Source: the human T2T-CHM13v2.0 reference genome, Homo sapiens. From it: a stretch of 64,000 nucleotides of DNA. The notes beneath the pieces were generated by a model. That model was given only the letters and a program-made list of their open reading frames with translations, did not search any database and was not told the origin of the DNA. The stretch is taken from NCBI RefSeq assembly GCF_009914755.1, contig NC_060937.1; one strand, 5' to 3'. Below, one piece after another: positions 26,680-39,214 of this stretch (the first letter of the stretch is position 1; each line of letters starts with the position of its first letter). The position numbers and the translations under genes are program-made.

Positions 26680-26795
26680 CTTGAATTAGAACCTAGTCAA
26701 ATTTGAAAAACTACAAAGATCTTATTACTTACTAATTGTATGCCTTTGGTCAAGTCATTTTACCTCTTTAGACACCAGTTTCATCATATGAAATG
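26680..26795 (+). mobile_element. MIR fragment
   Basis: Reads 'acttactaattgtatgcctttggtcaagtcattttacctct...cagtttcatcatatgaaatg'. Confidence 0.6.
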
Positions 26796-26892
26796 TATTA
26801 TTTTAAATTTCTGTAGAGGAAAGATAGAACAATTAAAGTTTCATAATAAAGACTTTGAATGAAATTCCCCGTGCCATGTCCAACAGACACAG

Positions 26893-26893
<1 letters not shown>

Positions 26894-26926
<33 letters not shown>
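26894..26926. repeat. (CA)n microsatellite, about 16 units
   Basis: Read directly from the sequence. Confidence 0.95.
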
Positions 26927-26928
<2 letters not shown>

Positions 26929-27044
26929 ACTGCTGGTTTAACAGCTTAAATAACCTACAATGATCTACAAAGGCAATAAAATAGTCAATTTCTCCTGTCT
27001 ATTAAATTATAAAGTGCTAATAGATGTTATGGGAATGAGAAATA

Positions 27045-27504
27045 ACTGAGGAAATATTTAAGGAAGATTGGTCTGAACAAATATTTCTTGAGTAAGACTT
27101 CAAAAGCATGGGCAAAAAAAGCAAAACTTGACAAATAGGATTACATCAACCTAAAACATTTCTGCACAGCAAAGAAAATAATAAAGGGAAGGAACAACAT
27201 ATGGAATGGGAGAAAATATTTGCAAACTATCCATCTGACAGGGGATTAAAATACTAAATGTATAAAGAGTTCAAACAACTCAAATACAAAAAAAAAAATC
27301 CAACCCAAATAGTCCAGTTAAAAAAAATACAAAAGAACCGAATAGATATTTCTCAGCAAAAGACATATAAATGACCAACAGGTACATAAAAAAGGACTCA
27401 CCATCTGTTACCAGATAAATGCAAATCAAGACCACAGTGAGATATCATCTCACCTCAATTAAAATGGCTTATATCCAAAAGATGCAATAGCACATACTGG
27501 TGAG
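27045..27504 (+). mobile_element. Old L1 (L1MA/L1PB-type) ORF2 3' fragment
   Basis: Reads 'tttctgcacagcaaagaaa...gaatgggagaaaatatttgcaaactatccatctgaca...atgcaaatcaagaccacagtgagatatcatctcacc'. Confidence 0.85.
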
Positions 27505-27629
27505 TTCATTGCTTTACTACGTCACACTCCTAGTTTGATCTTTGCATGTTTGTTTATTTCTTCACCATCTATGACTTCCTAATTTGGCATTTATGTGAAC
27601 CCATCATTCCGTACTTACTACATTCACTT

Positions 27630-28560
27630 TGTCATTCATTGACTAATTCAGTAATTTTCTTTTATTGAGTTTGCACCACCTGTAAGACATTATCTAGTTT
27701 ATCTCTGTAAATATAAAATTAAATAAGACATATTTTTATTTTATGAGAAAATAAGTGCAAGTGAGATAAAACAGAATGCAATAAATGTATTAAAGGAAAA
27801 TGTGGTTATTTAAATTAAAGTAGTGCATAAATATTACATTAAACGAATGTGGTGACTATCAGGATAAAGAAAGTGGTCAGGGAGAAAGTGTTATTTTAGC
27901 TGAATTTTGAAATATAAATACTATTTTATTTCACTGAGGAGAAAATCATACATTTCATGGAGAAGGATTTGCACAATTAATGTATAAGAGCAAGAGGATA
28001 AATTATCTAGTGGAAAATGGCAAGTATTCTTATTTAAGGAGAACATAATGTAGAATAATAATTATAGATAAGGTCTGAAAGGTAGGTTGCTTTCAAATAC
28101 AGGATGTAAAATTTAAACATTAATCCATTTACAATGAGATCAAGTGTACATTTTTATCTGTGCTCTGTTTGACTAAAATCCATTTTAGAGAAATAAATCA
28201 AGCAGGTTGAGGAACAGTATAATAGAAAAATATAGAAATTAGAAGCTAGAAAATCAGTTAGGACCATCATGGTGATACTGACCAGGAGATTAGCAATAAA
28301 ACAAAAGGTGACTCTGAAAGAAATACAGCAAAATTGCAAACGTCTGGCTGCTACTTGGATTTGAGAACTAAGGGAGAAATAGAAAAGAAAAAAGAAGTAT
28401 ATAAAGTATTCACTTAAATAAAGAAGCAAAGTATTTCAGCAGTAACAGATATACAAATGTAAAATAAAAATTAATGTGGAAGTGTAAATGAGATTTTGAG
28501 GGTTATATAAGATGACAAGCTTAATATTTAACACATTGAATATCAGCATATCTAAACTTC
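27630..28560 (-). mobile_element. Degenerate L2 relic
   Basis: 'tcattcattgactaattc...tttattgag' is an antisense L2 3' end, followed by purine-rich L2-like body. Boundaries are approximate. Confidence 0.45.
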
Positions 28561-28934
28561 TGGGAGAAATTATATTTTTTAAGCAATGCTTCAGCAGTAA
28601 TCAACATATATGTCAATTTAAATGTATATTTTTATATATGTATATGTTTTAACTGATACTTAAATCATATAGAAAGAATACAGTATATAAATTCTACTTT
28701 TAAAAGGCTTATAACAGAAAAAATAATAGAGTAATAATTACTACAAAAATTTAATTGGAAAACAGATGCAAACTAAATCGTGTTATATTAACTTTTAGGG
28801 ATAAAACAGTTCAGGAAACTAACAAATTAAGAAGAGGAGGCATTACCTGGGACTATTTCAACAGGTTAATTTCATCAAGTCAGGCAAGGCAACAGCATTT
28901 TAAGGAGATAATAAAGTAAAAAAGTAGATATCCC

Positions 28935-29000
28935 TGTATTAGTCAGGGTTCTCTAGAAGGACAGAACTAATGGAATATGTATTTGTATATATATATATGG
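28935..29000 (-). mobile_element. MLT2A-like (ERVL) LTR 3'-end fragment
   Basis: 'tgtattagtcagggttctctagaaggacagaactaatgga' followed by a TA run. Confidence 0.8.
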
Positions 29001-29238
29001 TCTGGGATTTCATGTTTTGAAAGTCTCTGCTTATCAAAGTATAATTTGCTAGATATCTGAATATTCAGGGAAAGATATATTATCTATCTATATGCACATT
29101 CTGTCTAATAGCCTAAATGACTTAAAAACAGTCTATAAGATCATATGGAAAACAAAACTAGTTATTTTTCCACTCATATGGTCACATTTTAAGATCACAA
29201 GGCCACAGTACTTAGGTACTCTGAGAAAAGCCAATCTG

Positions 29239-29294
29239 TAAATACTGATGGCTGAAATAAATACTGATGGCTGAAATAAATACTGATGGCTGAA
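29239..29294. repeat. 19-bp tandem repeat, about 3 copies (taaatactgatggctgaaa)
   Basis: Units at 29239-29257, 29258-29276 and 29277-29294 are identical (the last is one base short). Confidence 0.95.
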
Positions 29295-29749
29295 CTCTTC
29301 CATCGCTTGGAGTAATAATAACATTTAAAAAATGGCTCATTCTTTCGTAATTAATCCTTGAAGACTACCTCCACGTTCTCTGATTGTATCAAGCTAGAAT
29401 TTAGCTAACTTCACTTCTTACCTTCACATAACGGCAAGCTTTCCTCTAGAACACTTTTTTTTTTCGCAATGATTTTCTAGGGTGGGTGCTTAGTGTTTTG
29501 GTTTTGTCATTTGAATTGAAAGTTATCAACCAATACCAAACCACAAAATACTTAATATCTTTATAGATACATACATTTTTATAATTTAATCAAGAAACAA
29601 TACTAATAAACTGTTTTCATTAAAAAAAAATCATGCCGTTCTCATAGTCCCAGATTATACACAAAGCTATGAAACATAAAAAATAATTTTTGTACCTAAA
29701 ATTGTGAATGGTTAAATATAAATACTGTCTTATTAAACTTTTAAAATTA

Positions 29750-30210
29750 TTTTATTCAACAATTATTATTGACAATCTATTATGTTCAAGGCACTGCTCC
29801 ATATGCAAATGATATAATTTTGATATAACAAAATGGCTGTTTTCATTGAGTTTACAATCTAATGTGAAAGACAACAAACACAAGTCAATATATCAAAAAT
29901 ATAATCGTAAAACATAATTTCAAATAGTCAAAGGCTATAAAAAGATCAAGAAAAAAAGACTAGAAAATGATGAGTGTATGGAGAGATATTGTTTTATAGG
30001 GAATAATTAGAAAGGTTCTTTGAGATGTGACATTTGATCAGAGATCTGAATGGAATGAACAACTAAGCCCTGGAAAGAACTTGTGGAAGAGAATTTCAGA
30101 TGAAAATAAGAGCAGATGAGGAAGGCTAAGAAAATGGAGGATGGGAAAAGCAGGAGAGAGATTGGAGGTGAGTGGAATAAGTGAGGGCAGAGGGTTATGA
30201 GGCCAAATAC
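29750..30210 (-). mobile_element. L2 fragment
   Basis: Reads 'ttattcaacaattattattgacaatctattatgttcaaggcactg...gtgacatttgatcagagatctgaatg'. Confidence 0.7.
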
Positions 30211-32944
30211 AACATAGTAAGCAATATTGTATAAATCAATGAACATAAATATGGATGAATGGGCTTCATGTGAACTTGAAATAAAGCAAAATGAATAAAT
30301 ATTAGTGATAGAATTCAAAGATCACTCAAGAGAAGAATGACATTATGCTAATTGGCTTAGCTAAAAGAATTGGCCACAGATATCTCATTGCCAGTTACAT
30401 AAACCTGTGATTTTCAATTCTGGTTTTGAGACACATGGGACACTTTTAATTATCCCAAGAGGTATAACATCATTTTCCAGTCATGTGATTAGAACTTACA
30501 AATGGAAGTGTATTCCAAAATCAACTTAACCTGTCTAGAGTGCCAATAATATAAATGTACGGTAAGATGAAGAGGTAGCATTTTTTTTTTAATGAATTTA
30601 CCTGGCAATTGACTTTTAAATACAAGTGATAGCAACACTGAAAGCATTGTAAAATGCTTCTAGGCACTATCACCTTATTCTGCTATTTCATTTTAGCTTA
30701 TAACTTAAATACCTGCTTAAAAGTAAACGTGTAATCATGTTTACCTCTAGAGTGACTATAACTTAATATAATTATCAAATATGCCCCTCATTTACTTTAC
30801 CTATTTAGTTCCTATCTATTGTGTAATGCCTAGAATGGCCTTGACCGAAGCATCTTTTTTTAAATACCAAAAGAAAATGATGATGAAGAAGGATATATAC
30901 TACACCTGCTGAAAGACGCTGCCATTTTGTAAGCAAAGCTTGTCCATTTCTTCTTTTCCCTCACTCTGTTACAACCTATTGCAACTTTTTAGAAAGGCAC
31001 AGTTTCTTTTTTTTGCTCTAGTTTGTCCTCCAGCTAGGGAAACTATTTAGAAAATTTGTTTCTTTTACTTTGGCCCCATGCAGGCTTGACCTATTTTATC
31101 TTGTTACAGTGATGGAGAGCTCCATTCCTGCAAAAATTTAGCTTCAAAGAGTTCTGCTAATGGACGAGATACAGACACCTTCTAACCAGCAGGTACAAAC
31201 AAAACTTCCCTCTTTAAATCTTTTATTACATTTACCCAATTAATATGTTGAAATATTTTTCAAATTAAGTAAAATGAATATAGGCTTATAACAATAAATT
31301 ATTCAGATACAAGTTATACATTATCATCCAAAAGATAATGGAGAATTGAGTCATGATTTACATCTACAAATTTTTCTCATTATAATTTTATTTAATATCA
31401 ATAATAAAAATATCATCTCTACAATTAGAGTAAATTCAGATTATAATCTTGACAATTTAGTTAAAGATATATGATTAATTATCTTTCTCCCTGTCACTGT
31501 TTAAGATAAAAACAAAGATCAGATCTCAATCTCTAGCAAACTCTTTGCTTTTCTCTTTTTCTCTTACAGGATAGTGTATGATAGCAATATTGCTTAGTTC
31601 AGTTGGTTTTAATATGACACTGTTAGTAGGAATATGCTTAGGAGCATGTACGATTTATGAGTCAAGCTTTTTTTTTTAATAGAAGAACAATTCTGTGCAA
31701 TGACTAGAGGGTCTATCACTAATCTGGACCAGCTTTATTTATCTGTCAGCCATTTTTTAAAAATTCACAAGTAGGCGAGTGAGTGAATCAGCATAACCCA
31801 TTGCCATACCTGGGAACAAACACCAACTACATATTCCACAGGAAAATTATCTTTTTACTGGAGGCAGTTTCCCAATTATTTGAGTATAATTACTAAATGT
31901 TGGCCAAAGTGCTTATTTCATTTTCTCTGTATATTAATGTTGCTTTGGCTGGTAGCTCAAGGTAGCTGAGTTTGCAGTAAACTTTTTTCATAAAGTCTTC
32001 CAGAAGCAAGTTTGTGTTATTGAATTTTCTTTAAATGAAAAAATTGGAATTTTGTTCATGGCATTGATTAATTAAGATTCAGGATAAGAGCACACTTTGG
32101 TCAATTGATGACTCAAGTTGAAAAATTATTCCTATGCTAGTCAATCAACATTATAATGGGAGTATATATATATATATATATTCATATGGAAATACAATGA
32201 CTAAGATATGATTGTATCTAAATAAAATATTTTTTTCTCTTAGGACATGAGTTATTACATTAAGTAATGCCTAAATTCTTGTTTTAAATTTAGCATGTAT
32301 AGGTATTATAATTTTGATTATTATTATTACTATTTTTTAGTTAATTTTAAATTTATTATTAAGAAAATAGAAAAAACCTTTACACAGAAGTAAAAAATTT
32401 GTTTATATTGCTAGGGAACACACTTTACTAAACACATATTTGAAGCATCTGTTTAATGTCTCCAGTTGTTTTTCTCTTACAGTAAGCTTGTCAATATAAA
32501 GGACCATTCAGAAAAAATATAACAGAAATTTATGTTTAAATATATTTAGAAAGATCTCAGTATATCATGTCTAAAAACTCTCAAATAATAAAATGTTTGC
32601 ACTTATACTACCAGTGCATAAAATTCATAGAACAAACAACTAATTTGGGAGGAAAAGTTTCACATTAAATATTTCAGCTTTACAGTTGAAATAATTTCCC
32701 AATGCATGCGTGTTGATTCTAACTGTTATAGTAGTTCTGTGTCAGACACTTATGTTTTGACAGTGTCTTTCTGTCAAAGAATTTCTTTTCTCCTCTAGTT
32801 CAATCTCCATCTATCCAAACTTCTAAATTTGTCTTGATAATATTTCATTTCAGTTTTTGCCCAATCGTCCACATTTCTGTTTCTTATTCATTCATTTCTT
32901 GCATTGCAAATCTCTTTAAAATATTAATGATTATAATAATATAA

Positions 32945-33173
32945 ATAATACTTAAACATTAATTTTTTGCCCTATATTATCCGCCTGAGTTCTTGAAATT
33001 ATGTTTAATCTTCACAGCAATGGAGTTAGAATTTTATTATATTTATTTTGCAAATAAGGAAACAAAGGCCCAGAGAGGTATTAGGTTTTCAAAGTTGAAA
33101 ATAAGGGGAAAAGGTAGATTTAAATTTTGATCCCTTCAAGTTTAAGATTCTGCTCTTTCCATTAAGCCACATG
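32945..33173 (-). mobile_element. MIR
   Basis: Reads 'tttaatcttcacagcaa...ttttgcaaataaggaaacaaaggcccagagagg...tgctctttccattaagccac'. Confidence 0.7.
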
Positions 33174-33899
33174 ATCTCGCTCGTACCTTTTTGGGGGAAT
33201 CAATCTTCCTCACACGAATCAAGTACCAGGTATAAGACAGGATAAGTTGCACTATTGGATTGCCTTCTTTCTTGATCTTTCTCTCTTCTTCTGTGTCTCA
33301 GTGAGGATTCTCAGTCATCTATGATAAGAAGGCCATACCCTGTTCTAAAGCAAACAGGAAAAATGGATAAACTTTTTGCTAGTATATTTTAGATGTAAAA
33401 TTTTCCCTTTTAATGAGATCAGATTGAACTATAAACTCAAATTATAAACTCATTTCCAAACATTTTGACTTGATTGGCAAATGATTACTCAAAATATGTA
33501 TGAAATATTGGAAGTCTGTTTGTTCAAAATCTTTATTTTTTAGTAATAAATTTCATGTTCAAAAGTGAAAAACAAGTTGCTTAAAGTCTATGTCACCCAT
33601 ACCTTGTCATTAATCAGGCTTTAAATTCTTTATTAAATTATATCCTTTGTTGTGAAAGTCTTGTTTTCAACTTATTAAGCTATAAAGATACACAGTATTA
33701 ACTAGTTTTATACATGACAAAAATTTTTGAAAAACTTTTCAACATAAATTATTTGTATATTGAATCATAGTCCTAAGTAACATAGTTATGACCTAGCATT
33801 TATAGTGAAACATATTTTGAGAGACCTTAATTTTAATATTGGTTTAATCAATTCCATTTTTGAAGCATGTCCTTAAATCAGATTGCAAAGTAGTGATAG

Positions 33900-34100
33900 T
33901 GTGATATAGTGGAAGGATATGTGTTTTAGCATCAGAAAGTTCTCTATGCTCTGATGTTAGCTGTTGCACACCGTATTATATTACTCACAAGTTATGTAGC
34001 TGTTCTGAGCTTCATTTTCTTAGTATGTAAAATATAAAGGTACTCTTTTATGAGCAATGTCATAAGAATTAAATATAAACACTAACATAAAACTCCTAAC
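33900..34100 (+). mobile_element. MIR
   Basis: Reads 'gtgatatagtggaagga...ctgagcttcattttcttagtatgtaaaat'. Confidence 0.55.
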
Positions 34101-34119
34101 ACTGTGATTAGTTTGTCCC

Positions 34120-34446
34120 CAGTAATTGGTGGTGTATCCTTATGGGAGGCTTTTACAACCTAACCCCTGAAATCAGGCTTAGCCCATGACTTATGAGCTG
34201 AAGAGATGTGTGTTCTTACTAAGCAGTCATTTTATCCTGTCATGACAACTGACTATGTTCCAAACTGGCTTTCAAGCTAGGTAGAGTATTACAGTGAAGG
34301 AGACATGGCTACCTCTGATGAGCATGTGAAGTGAAAGAGAAACAAGTCTTTGTTGTTTTCAACCCACCAAGATGATGGAACATTTGTTGTTGTTGATAGT
34401 GTTATTAGTGTTAAAGCAATACAATTGAACTTAATTTGGCTGATAC
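34120..34446 (+). mobile_element. Old MLT1-like MaLR LTR remnant
   Basis: Reads 'cccctgaaatcaggcttagcccatgact...gagaaacaagtctttgttgttttcaacccaccaagat...ctgatac'. Confidence 0.5.
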
Positions 34447-37400
34447 CAAAATAATTAGTAAGTGATAGTTATTCTATTAGGCATTTATGATTTACTCCCC
34501 AATGTACTGTATTCTTCTCCTAATAGTACGTAAATTCTCTCATGTCATCCAAAATAACTTGATTCACTACAGAGGAGGAACATTTATGGCTGAGTGCTTT
34601 TAAATTCTTCCATCATTTCTTTTCAAGAGATGCCCTTTCAGTTGTTGGACTGACTACGGTACAATTAGCTGACTTTCTTTCCCAAGATTAGAGAACCAAA
34701 CTATGTGGATTAACATATAGCCAATGCTAGTAAAGACAAGAAAGTGGTAAACTGAGTTAAAAAACAGTTGAGGCCAGGAAAACCTCTTTTCATCAGGTAC
34801 ACATGACTTCATATACTTACAGAGTAAATAGCCATAATTTTGCAGATGCATTTGGAAAACATCTTGTACACTAGCTGTAAATTTTTGGTGCCTCACTATC
34901 CCAACTGTTTCAAGTTGCTCCTAGACGGAGGATTACACTGAGTCAACTTAGTTCTATGAAGATACAGAGTATGAAGTCTGAGAAATAGATTTCCAGATAT
35001 CTTCTTGAGTTCAAACTTAAGTATCCAATAATTTTATCTTTGGATTGCAGCCCATAAAATTGTCTAGCAGCACATAGATCTACTGTTTTTATGGAGTTAC
35101 ATTACTAGAGAATGACAAAAATAAAAGAAAGGTGATTGTGTGTCCTTTGATAATCTGCAGGTCTTTAGACTTCCATAAATAGGAAGCAGGCCTCTAATCA
35201 GAGAAGCCCATAAATCTTTCCAGTATTTATAGCAAGAGTGTCAGTGAAAAATGACAGACAATGGAGACTCTCCCAATGACTTGAACTAGGATACCCCTTT
35301 GGAGACTTGGATTCTGATAAGAAATACATATATATATATATATTCCTTTGTGGGAGGATATGGATATTTTTATATAAGCATGACCATTTTTAGTGGCTTA
35401 TATTCGATAAGAAAGATGTATATACACATTGATTAAAATGGTGAACTCTTAGGACATTTGTTATGCTCTACCAGTATTTATTTTCTCCTTTTGATCTGCA
35501 TTTTTTTTATTTTGGGGAATTCTTATGTTTCAAAGAAAGCTAAATTCAAGAAGAAACTAAATTGCCAAATCCCTGGATACAATAATTCAATAAAGAGAGG
35601 GCATATGATATGAGTTGCATTATAGGTTCAAGAAATTTTTATGGGAAATCTGAGGGGAAAACGTTTCTTCTTTCTGTAGGTGATATTTTGTCCATATATA
35701 ATTTCTTGATCTACTGCTGCCATTTTGCTATCATAAGAAAGCCAACTTGAGGTGTATATTGACTTATAAACGTGAGCATCAGAAAGAACCGGAAACAAAG
35801 ATCTCAAAAAAAAAAAATCTAATGTTTCACTTCAAGCAACTAGAAAAAGGGGAACAAACTAAGCCTAAATTTTGCAGAATAAAGGAAAGAATAAAGATCA
35901 AAGTGGAAATAAAATAAGACTAGGAAAGAAACAAAATATCAACAAAAATAAGAGTTGATTTTTTGAAAATGTAAACAAAATTTATAAACATTTAGGTGGA
36001 CTAAAAAAAGAGAGAAGGCAAAAAAAAGGGAAAGGAAACAAAAAAAAAAAAGAGAGAGGAAACATTACAACTGATGCCACAGAAATACACAGGATGCTAA
36101 TAGGCCATCATGAACAATTATTCACCAACAAACTGGGTAACTAGAGGAAGTGGATAAATTCCTAGAACTGTACAACCTATGAAGACTGCATCATGAAGAA
36201 ATAAAAAAATTTAAACTGAGCGACAGCAAGTTAGAAGATTGAATCACTAATAAAAAGTCTCTCATCAAAGAAAAGCCCAGGATCCAATGGCTTCACTGCT
36301 GAATTCTACTAAATATTTTAAGAAGAACTGATATAAATTCCACTCAAATTCTTTCAAAAAATTGAAAAAGAGTAAATACTTTCAAACTCTTTTTCAAGGC
36401 TACCATCGCCCTGATACCAAAGCCACTCAAGGACATTATTTAAAAAAATTACAAGCCAATATCCTCAATGATTTTAGATATACAAATTCTCAACAAACTA
36501 TTAGCAAATCTAGTGTGTCATATTAAAGGGATCATCAACCATGATCAAGTGAGATTTATCCCTGGGATGCAAAATATTTTAACATATGCAAATCAATAAA
36601 TGTGATACATCACATCAACAGAATGAAGGGCAAAAACAATATAATCATCTAATTAGATGCAGGAAAACCATTTGACAAAGTTCAGCATCGTTTCATGATG
36701 AAAACTCTTACCAACTTAGATATAGAAGGAATGTAACTCAATACACTAAAGCCTATATCTAAGATGCCCACAGCTAACATTATTCTCAACAGTGAAAACT
36801 TGAACATATTTCCTCTAAGATATGGAATAAGACAAGGATCCTCACTCTCACTACTTCTATTTAACATACCATTGGAAATCACTTCCAGAGCAATTAGGCA
36901 AAAGGAAGAAATTGACGGCATCCAAATTAAACAGGAAGAAGTTAAATTGCCACTGTTTGCTGATGCCATGATCTTATAATTAGTAAACCTGATGGATTCC
37001 ACCAAAAAAAAAAAAACTGTTAAAACTAAGAAATGAATTCAGTAAAGTTGCAGGATATAAACTCAGCAAACAAAAATCGGTAGTCTTTCTATACACCAGT
37101 AATAAACTAGCTGATAAAGAAATTAAAAAAGCAATCCCACTTACAATAGCTACAAAAAAAAATACCTAGGAATAAAATTTAACCAAGGATGCGAAAGATC
37201 TCTAAAATGGTAACTACTAAACACTAATGAAAAAAATTGAAGAGGACATACATATATGATAAAAAGACACTGTGTGTTCATGGATTGAAAGGATTAATAT
37301 TGTTAAGATGACCATACTACCCAAAGCCATCTACAGAGTCAACACAATCCCTACTAAAATACCAATGATATTTTTCATAGATATAGAAAAAAATTCTAAA

Positions 37401-37608
37401 ATGTGTATGGAACCACAAAAGACTGAACAACTAAAGCAATACTGAGCAAAAAGAACAAAGCTGGAGGCATAACGTTACCTGACTTCAAAACATGCTACAA
37501 AGGTATAGTAATCCAAACAGCATGATACTGCTGTTACACAAACAAACAAACACATGGACCAATTGAACAGAATAGAGAATCCAGAAATAAATTCAGATAT
37601 GTAAATAG

Positions 37609-37945
<337 letters not shown>

Positions 37946-38123
37946 AATAGTCAAGTGATTTTCAATAAAAGTGCCCAAAATATATATTGGGAAATGAGGA
38001 AAAGGACACCCTCTTTAATAAATGGTTGTGGGAAAACTATCCATATGCAGAAGAATGAAACTATACCTCTATTTCTTACCATTTGCAGAAACCTACTCAA
38101 ATTGGATTAAAATCTTAAATGTT

Positions 38124-38822
38124 TGGAATGCCTATTAATAAAAAGTCAAAAGAAAAAAATAACATGCTGGTGAGGTTGCAGACAAAAGGGAACACTTTTA
38201 TACTGTCAGTGGGAGTGTAAATTAGTTCAACTATTGTGGAAAGCAGTATGGTGATCCCTCAAAGAGCTAAAAGCAGAACTGCCATTCAACCTAGCAATCC
38301 CATTACTGGGTGCATACTCAGAGGACTATAAATCATTCTACCATAAAGATACATGCACATGATTGTTCATTGCAACACTCTTTACAATAGCAAAGACATA
38401 GAATCAACCTAAATCCCCATCAACGATAGACTGGATAAATAAAATGTAGTACATACACACCATGGAATACTATACAGCCATAAAAAAGAATGAGATTGTG
38501 TCTTTTGCAGGAACATAGGTGGAGCTGGAGGTTATTATCTTCAACAAACTAATGCAAGAACAGGAAACCAAATACCACATGTTCTCATAAGTGGGAGCTA
38601 AATGATGAGAACTTATGAACACAAGGAAGGAAACAACAGACACTGGGGTCTACTTAGGGGTGGAGAGTAGAAGCAGGGAGAGGAGCAGAAAAGATGACTA
38701 TTGTGTACTGGGCTTAATTCCTGGGTGATGAAATAATCTGTACTACCAACCCCCATGACGTCAGTTTACCTATGTGACAAGTCTTCACATGTACCCCCAA
38801 ACCTAAAATGAAAGTTTAAAAA
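38124..38822 (+). mobile_element. 5'-truncated L1PA15/16-like element nested in the L1MA
   Basis: The host jumps at 'cttaaatgtt' and resumes at 'ttaaatattagac' (degenerate TSD). The 3' UTR reads 'gaggagcagaaaagatgactattgtgtactgggcttaattcctgggtgatg'. Confidence 0.85.
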
Positions 38823-38844
38823 ATTAAATATTAGACTTGAAGAA

Positions 38845-39214
<370 letters not shown>

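Noticed and set aside
29239-29294. Possible CRISPR-like array
   Set aside because: The units are head-to-tail with no spacers, the context is eukaryotic, and no cas genes are present.
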